A DNA stretch of 64,000 nucleotides from an uncultured Ruminococcus sp. (GTDB taxonomy: Bacteria > Bacillota > Clostridia > Oscillospirales > CAG-272), in assembly GCA_964634795.1 (NCBI GenBank), contig CAZWLL010000001.1, forward strand, positions 13,830-77,829, written 5' to 3'. Both the position numbers and the translations under genes were made by a program. Every line of letters starts with the position of its first letter. Position 1 is the first letter of the stretch. Below the pieces are notes generated by a model, which was not told where the DNA came from, did not search any database, and was given only the letters and a program-made list of their open reading frames with translations. Of this stretch, positions 61,652 to 64,000 are shown piece after piece.

Positions 61652-61680
61652 ATTATACACCTATTTTTTACCTCTGTCAA
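61652..61680 (-). promoter_or_regulatory. Perfect consensus promoter TTGACA-17-TATAAT for the FliB-like gene
   Basis: The RC of 61675-61680 is TTGACA and the RC of 61652-61657 is TATAAT, with an exact 17-nt spacer. Confidence 0.75.
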
Positions 61681-61709
61681 CCTGGTATTTATTGTATGCT
61701 TGTATATAC

Positions 61710-61743
61710 AAAAGGAGCAATCCTCGTCGGATTGCTCCTTTTT
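61710..61743 (-). terminator. Rho-independent terminator ending the ctsR-mcsA-mcsB operon
   Basis: GGAGCAATCC-TCGTC-GGATTGCTCC is a perfect 10-bp stem flanked by AAAA and TTTTT. On the minus strand it is followed by TTTTGTAT. It lies about 68 nt after the mcsB stop. Confidence 0.85.
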
Positions 61744-61806
61744 CACTTATGATTCTTTATGTCTCAGCACAGTTTACGAGAACGAGATAGTTATCTATAA
61801 TCCCAA

Positions 61807-62823
61807 TCAGTCAAATTTTACCTGTCCGATTATTTCTCTTGCATGTGATGCTCTTGCAATGTCTCTGCCGTGAGGTGCTTTAACATCCGCGCCGCCTGTT
61901 GTGAGCATATCGGGCATCGATTCTATAAGCATTTCATCAATGAGATTTACAGGTACTGTTATGTATCCGAGTGCGGCGCAAAGTCTGATTTCTGAATACA
62001 TTGTCAGCATCTCACCGAGAGTAAGGTGGCCGGCATACATGATTATGCCTATGTCACGTCTTGCCGTTTCGGTAAGATAATCACGCTTATCCTCGTAAAG
62101 TGATTTTCTGAGTTCTCTTTCTTTAGCTACTATCTGTTTAACAATTCCTTCCAATTTAGAAATTGTTTCTTCCTCGCTCATACCGAGTGTTGCTTCATTA
62201 GCTATCTGGTAAATATACGCGACTGTATCGGAGCCTTCTCCGCCTATGCCGCAAATTGTGAATCCCATTCTCGCAAGCTCGTATGACAAGCTTCTGATAT
62301 AGCCTGACTTAGTATATGCGGGAAGATAAAGCATTACGGATGCGCGCATTCCTGTACCGAGGTTTGTCGGGCAGTGAGTAATATAACCTAGCTTCTCACT
62401 GAAAGCAACATCAGCTGCCTTATCAAGCATATCATCGGCAGCATATGCCGCGTCAGCTGCTTTATTGAGATCAAATCCGGCGGTTACGGACTGAATACGG
62501 AAATGATCCTCTTCAAGTACCATTATGTAAACCTCACGCTCGTCGTTTTCTATATAACAAGCAGGGCCTTTCTTCTTCGCAAACTCGGAACTGATAAGGT
62601 GCTTATCGATTAAAGCTCCTCTCTGAGCTTCATCGAGTGACTCCATATCTGTTGCTTTCCATCCGTCGTTTTCGCTGAATATTGTTTTTGCTTTATTTAT
62701 GATTTCTTCAGCCTGTTCTTTTGTTAATTTCTCCGCAAAAGGATATTCGCTGAGATTACGTGCTAATCTTACTCTTGAACTGAGTACAACATCATTATCA
62801 TTACCGTTATTCTTGTACCACAT
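61807..62823 (-). CDS. mcsB: Protein arginine kinase McsB
   Basis: 338 aa with a guanido phosphotransferase domain (VVLSSRVRLARNL..., HCPTNLGTGMRASV). Confidence 0.94.
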   Translation of the reverse strand: MWYKNNGNDNDVVLSSRVRLARNLSEYPFAEKLTKEQAEEIINKAKTIFSENDGWKATDMESLDEAQRGALIDKHLISSEFAKKKGPACYIENDEREVYIMVLEEDHFRIQSVTAGFDLNKAADAAYAADDMLDKAADVAFSEKLGYITHCPTNLGTGMRASVMLYLPAYTKSGYIRSLSYELARMGFTICGIGGEGSDTVAYIYQIANEATLGMSEEETISKLEGIVKQIVAKERELRKSLYEDKRDYLTETARRDIGIIMYAGHLTLGEMLTMYSEIRLCAALGYITVPVNLIDEMLIESMPDMLTTGGADVKAPHGRDIARASHAREIIGQVKFD

Positions 62824-62909
62824 ATAATTTACCTCTCTTCATACAATCTGTCTGCTGATTTACTTCGAATTTACTTATCTGTTCTGTTATATTCGGTTAT
62901 CTATACACA

Positions 62910-63473
62910 TCAAAGTGTGTTTCTGAGTTCCTTTAATTCATCTCTGATTTGTGCGGCTTTTTCGAAATCCTCATTCTTAACCGCTTCCTTCTGCTCCGCT
63001 TCAAGCTCGGCTATGTGTTTCTTTGCGTCAAGCTTTTCTTTGAATCTTGCCGGAGCTCTGCCTATATGCGATGTATGTCCGTGAACCTTACCGAGTGTAG
63101 GCTTCAGCTCATCTGCAAATGTCTCATAGCATGTCGGGCAGCCTGCCATTCCGTTTTCGGCAAATTCTCTGAATGTTGTTCCGCATACAGGGCATTTCTT
63201 TTCGGTATTTTCTTTAGCATCAGCGGATTTAAGCTGCTTTGTATCGTTGTCTCCGAACATGCTTGCGAGAAGGCTGTGCATTTCGTTGAACGGATTCTCG
63301 AGAAATGAATCAAAACCATCAAACATCTTGCCTGTATCAATCTCTTTAAGCTCACCGCTCTTCTCAAGCTCTGCTTCACAATCACCGCAAAGTCTGTATG
63401 TCTTCTGTTTACCGTTTATATTTTCATGATAATAAAATGTAGCTTCGTTCTTCTTGCATCTTTCACACAACAT
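62910..63473 (-). CDS. mcsA: McsA (zinc-finger + UVR motif activator of McsB)
   Basis: 187 aa with CERC...CGDC and CPVC...CPTC pairs, and a C-terminal UVR motif (EDFEKAAQIRDELKELR). Confidence 0.9.
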   Translation of the reverse strand: MLCERCKKNEATFYYHENINGKQKTYRLCGDCEAELEKSGELKEIDTGKMFDGFDSFLENPFNEMHSLLASMFGDNDTKQLKSADAKENTEKKCPVCGTTFREFAENGMAGCPTCYETFADELKPTLGKVHGHTSHIGRAPARFKEKLDAKKHIAELEAEQKEAVKNEDFEKAAQIRDELKELRNTL

Positions 63474-63518
63474 AATAAAAATCCTCCGTGTATCTGTAAT
63501 ATGTATTAATATTTGAAT

Positions 63519-63971
63519 TTACATCATTAACAGCATCGCCATATGCCTCAGCATATCAGCGCGTACCATATTTCTTTTTTCTTCGGGACATTTTTCAAGT
63601 GCGGCATCCGACATCGCCGCAATAGCTATCTTTGCTTCACGCTCCTCGATTAGGCCTCTTTCATGAAGGTTTCTTATATATATCTTCGCCGTCTTTTCAT
63701 CTATCTCATCACCTACTGATTGAAAGAAATGCATTAAATAATCGCTTTTCGTCATCTGGACACGAATTATTTTAATGTAACCTCCGCCGCCTCGCCTGCT
63801 TTCAATAATGTATCCTTTTTCGGGAGTAAATCTTGAGGTTATAACATAATTTATCTGACTGGGTACGCAGCCCAGCTTAGCCGCAAGGTCATTTCGTTTT
63901 ACCTCTGCGCTTCCGCCTCCTTGATTCAGCATATCATCGATTAGTGAAGCAATGTGGTCTGACAATATCAT
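63519..63971 (-). CDS. ctsR: Class III stress gene repressor CtsR
   Basis: 150 aa from the ATG at 63971 (GGAGG SD). Recognised from MILSDHIASLIDDML...RNDLAAKLGCVPSQINYVITSRFTPEKGYIIESRRGGGGYIKI. The promoter and CtsR boxes would lie beyond the window end. Confidence 0.93.
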   Translation of the reverse strand: MILSDHIASLIDDMLNQGGGSAEVKRNDLAAKLGCVPSQINYVITSRFTPEKGYIIESRRGGGGYIKIIRVQMTKSDYLMHFFQSVGDEIDEKTAKIYIRNLHERGLIEEREAKIAIAAMSDAALEKCPEEKRNMVRADMLRHMAMLLMM

Positions 63972-64000
63972 CTGCTTTGCACCTCCTTTCAAGGACTTTG

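Overview
This is a chromosomal, housekeeping-dominated 64-kb window from a low-GC Gram-positive bacterium. It looks Clostridia-like from gene content and order (ctsR-mcsA-mcsB; nusB-xseA-xseB-ispA-tlyA-nadK-argR-recN-tyrS-murB-whiA-dnaE; phoH-ybeY-era-recO-mutS2; secA; prfB), strong GGAGG Shine-Dalgarno sites and several TTG/GTG starts. The taxon is inference only. I call 56 protein-coding genes (one truncated at the window start), one tRNA-Arg(CCG), about a dozen near-consensus sigma-A-type promoters and about ten hairpin terminators. Many ORF-track starts were trimmed to the RBS-supported start codon. I saw no rRNA, CRISPR array, transposase, integrase, phage gene or recognisable defence system, so I cannot support a novel mobile or defence island here. 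Eight things deserve a second look. (1) A promoter, a roughly 310-nt structured leader, an intrinsic terminator, a competing antiterminator pairing and a 30-codon leader ORF lie upstream of the truncated lipoprotein gene at the window start. (2) A DeoR-linked 2-oxoacid dehydrogenase locus has the order E2-E3-E1 and a single fused E1 alpha-beta polypeptide. (3) A tightly packed 7-gene minus-strand array joins rhaB-rhaA (no rhaD, transporter or regulator) to an unassigned TIM-barrel enzyme, a CapA-like lipoprotein that has lost its metal-ligand motifs, an amidase lipoprotein, an AEC transporter and a double-SIS protein. (4) A divergent TsaD/Kae1-family paralogue sits where folD lies in the conserved nusB-xseA cluster, while the tsaE-tsaB operon in the same window lacks tsaD. 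(5) Two distantly paralogous polytopic membrane proteins of unknown function, plus a GDPD, lie just downstream of secA. (6) WhiA is shortened to 230 aa. (7) The ctsR-mcsA-mcsB operon ends at a terminator without clpC. (8) A small Cys4 ORF lies upstream of a non-frameshifted, TTG-initiated prfB. All functional calls rest on motif and family recognition from memory. No database search was run.
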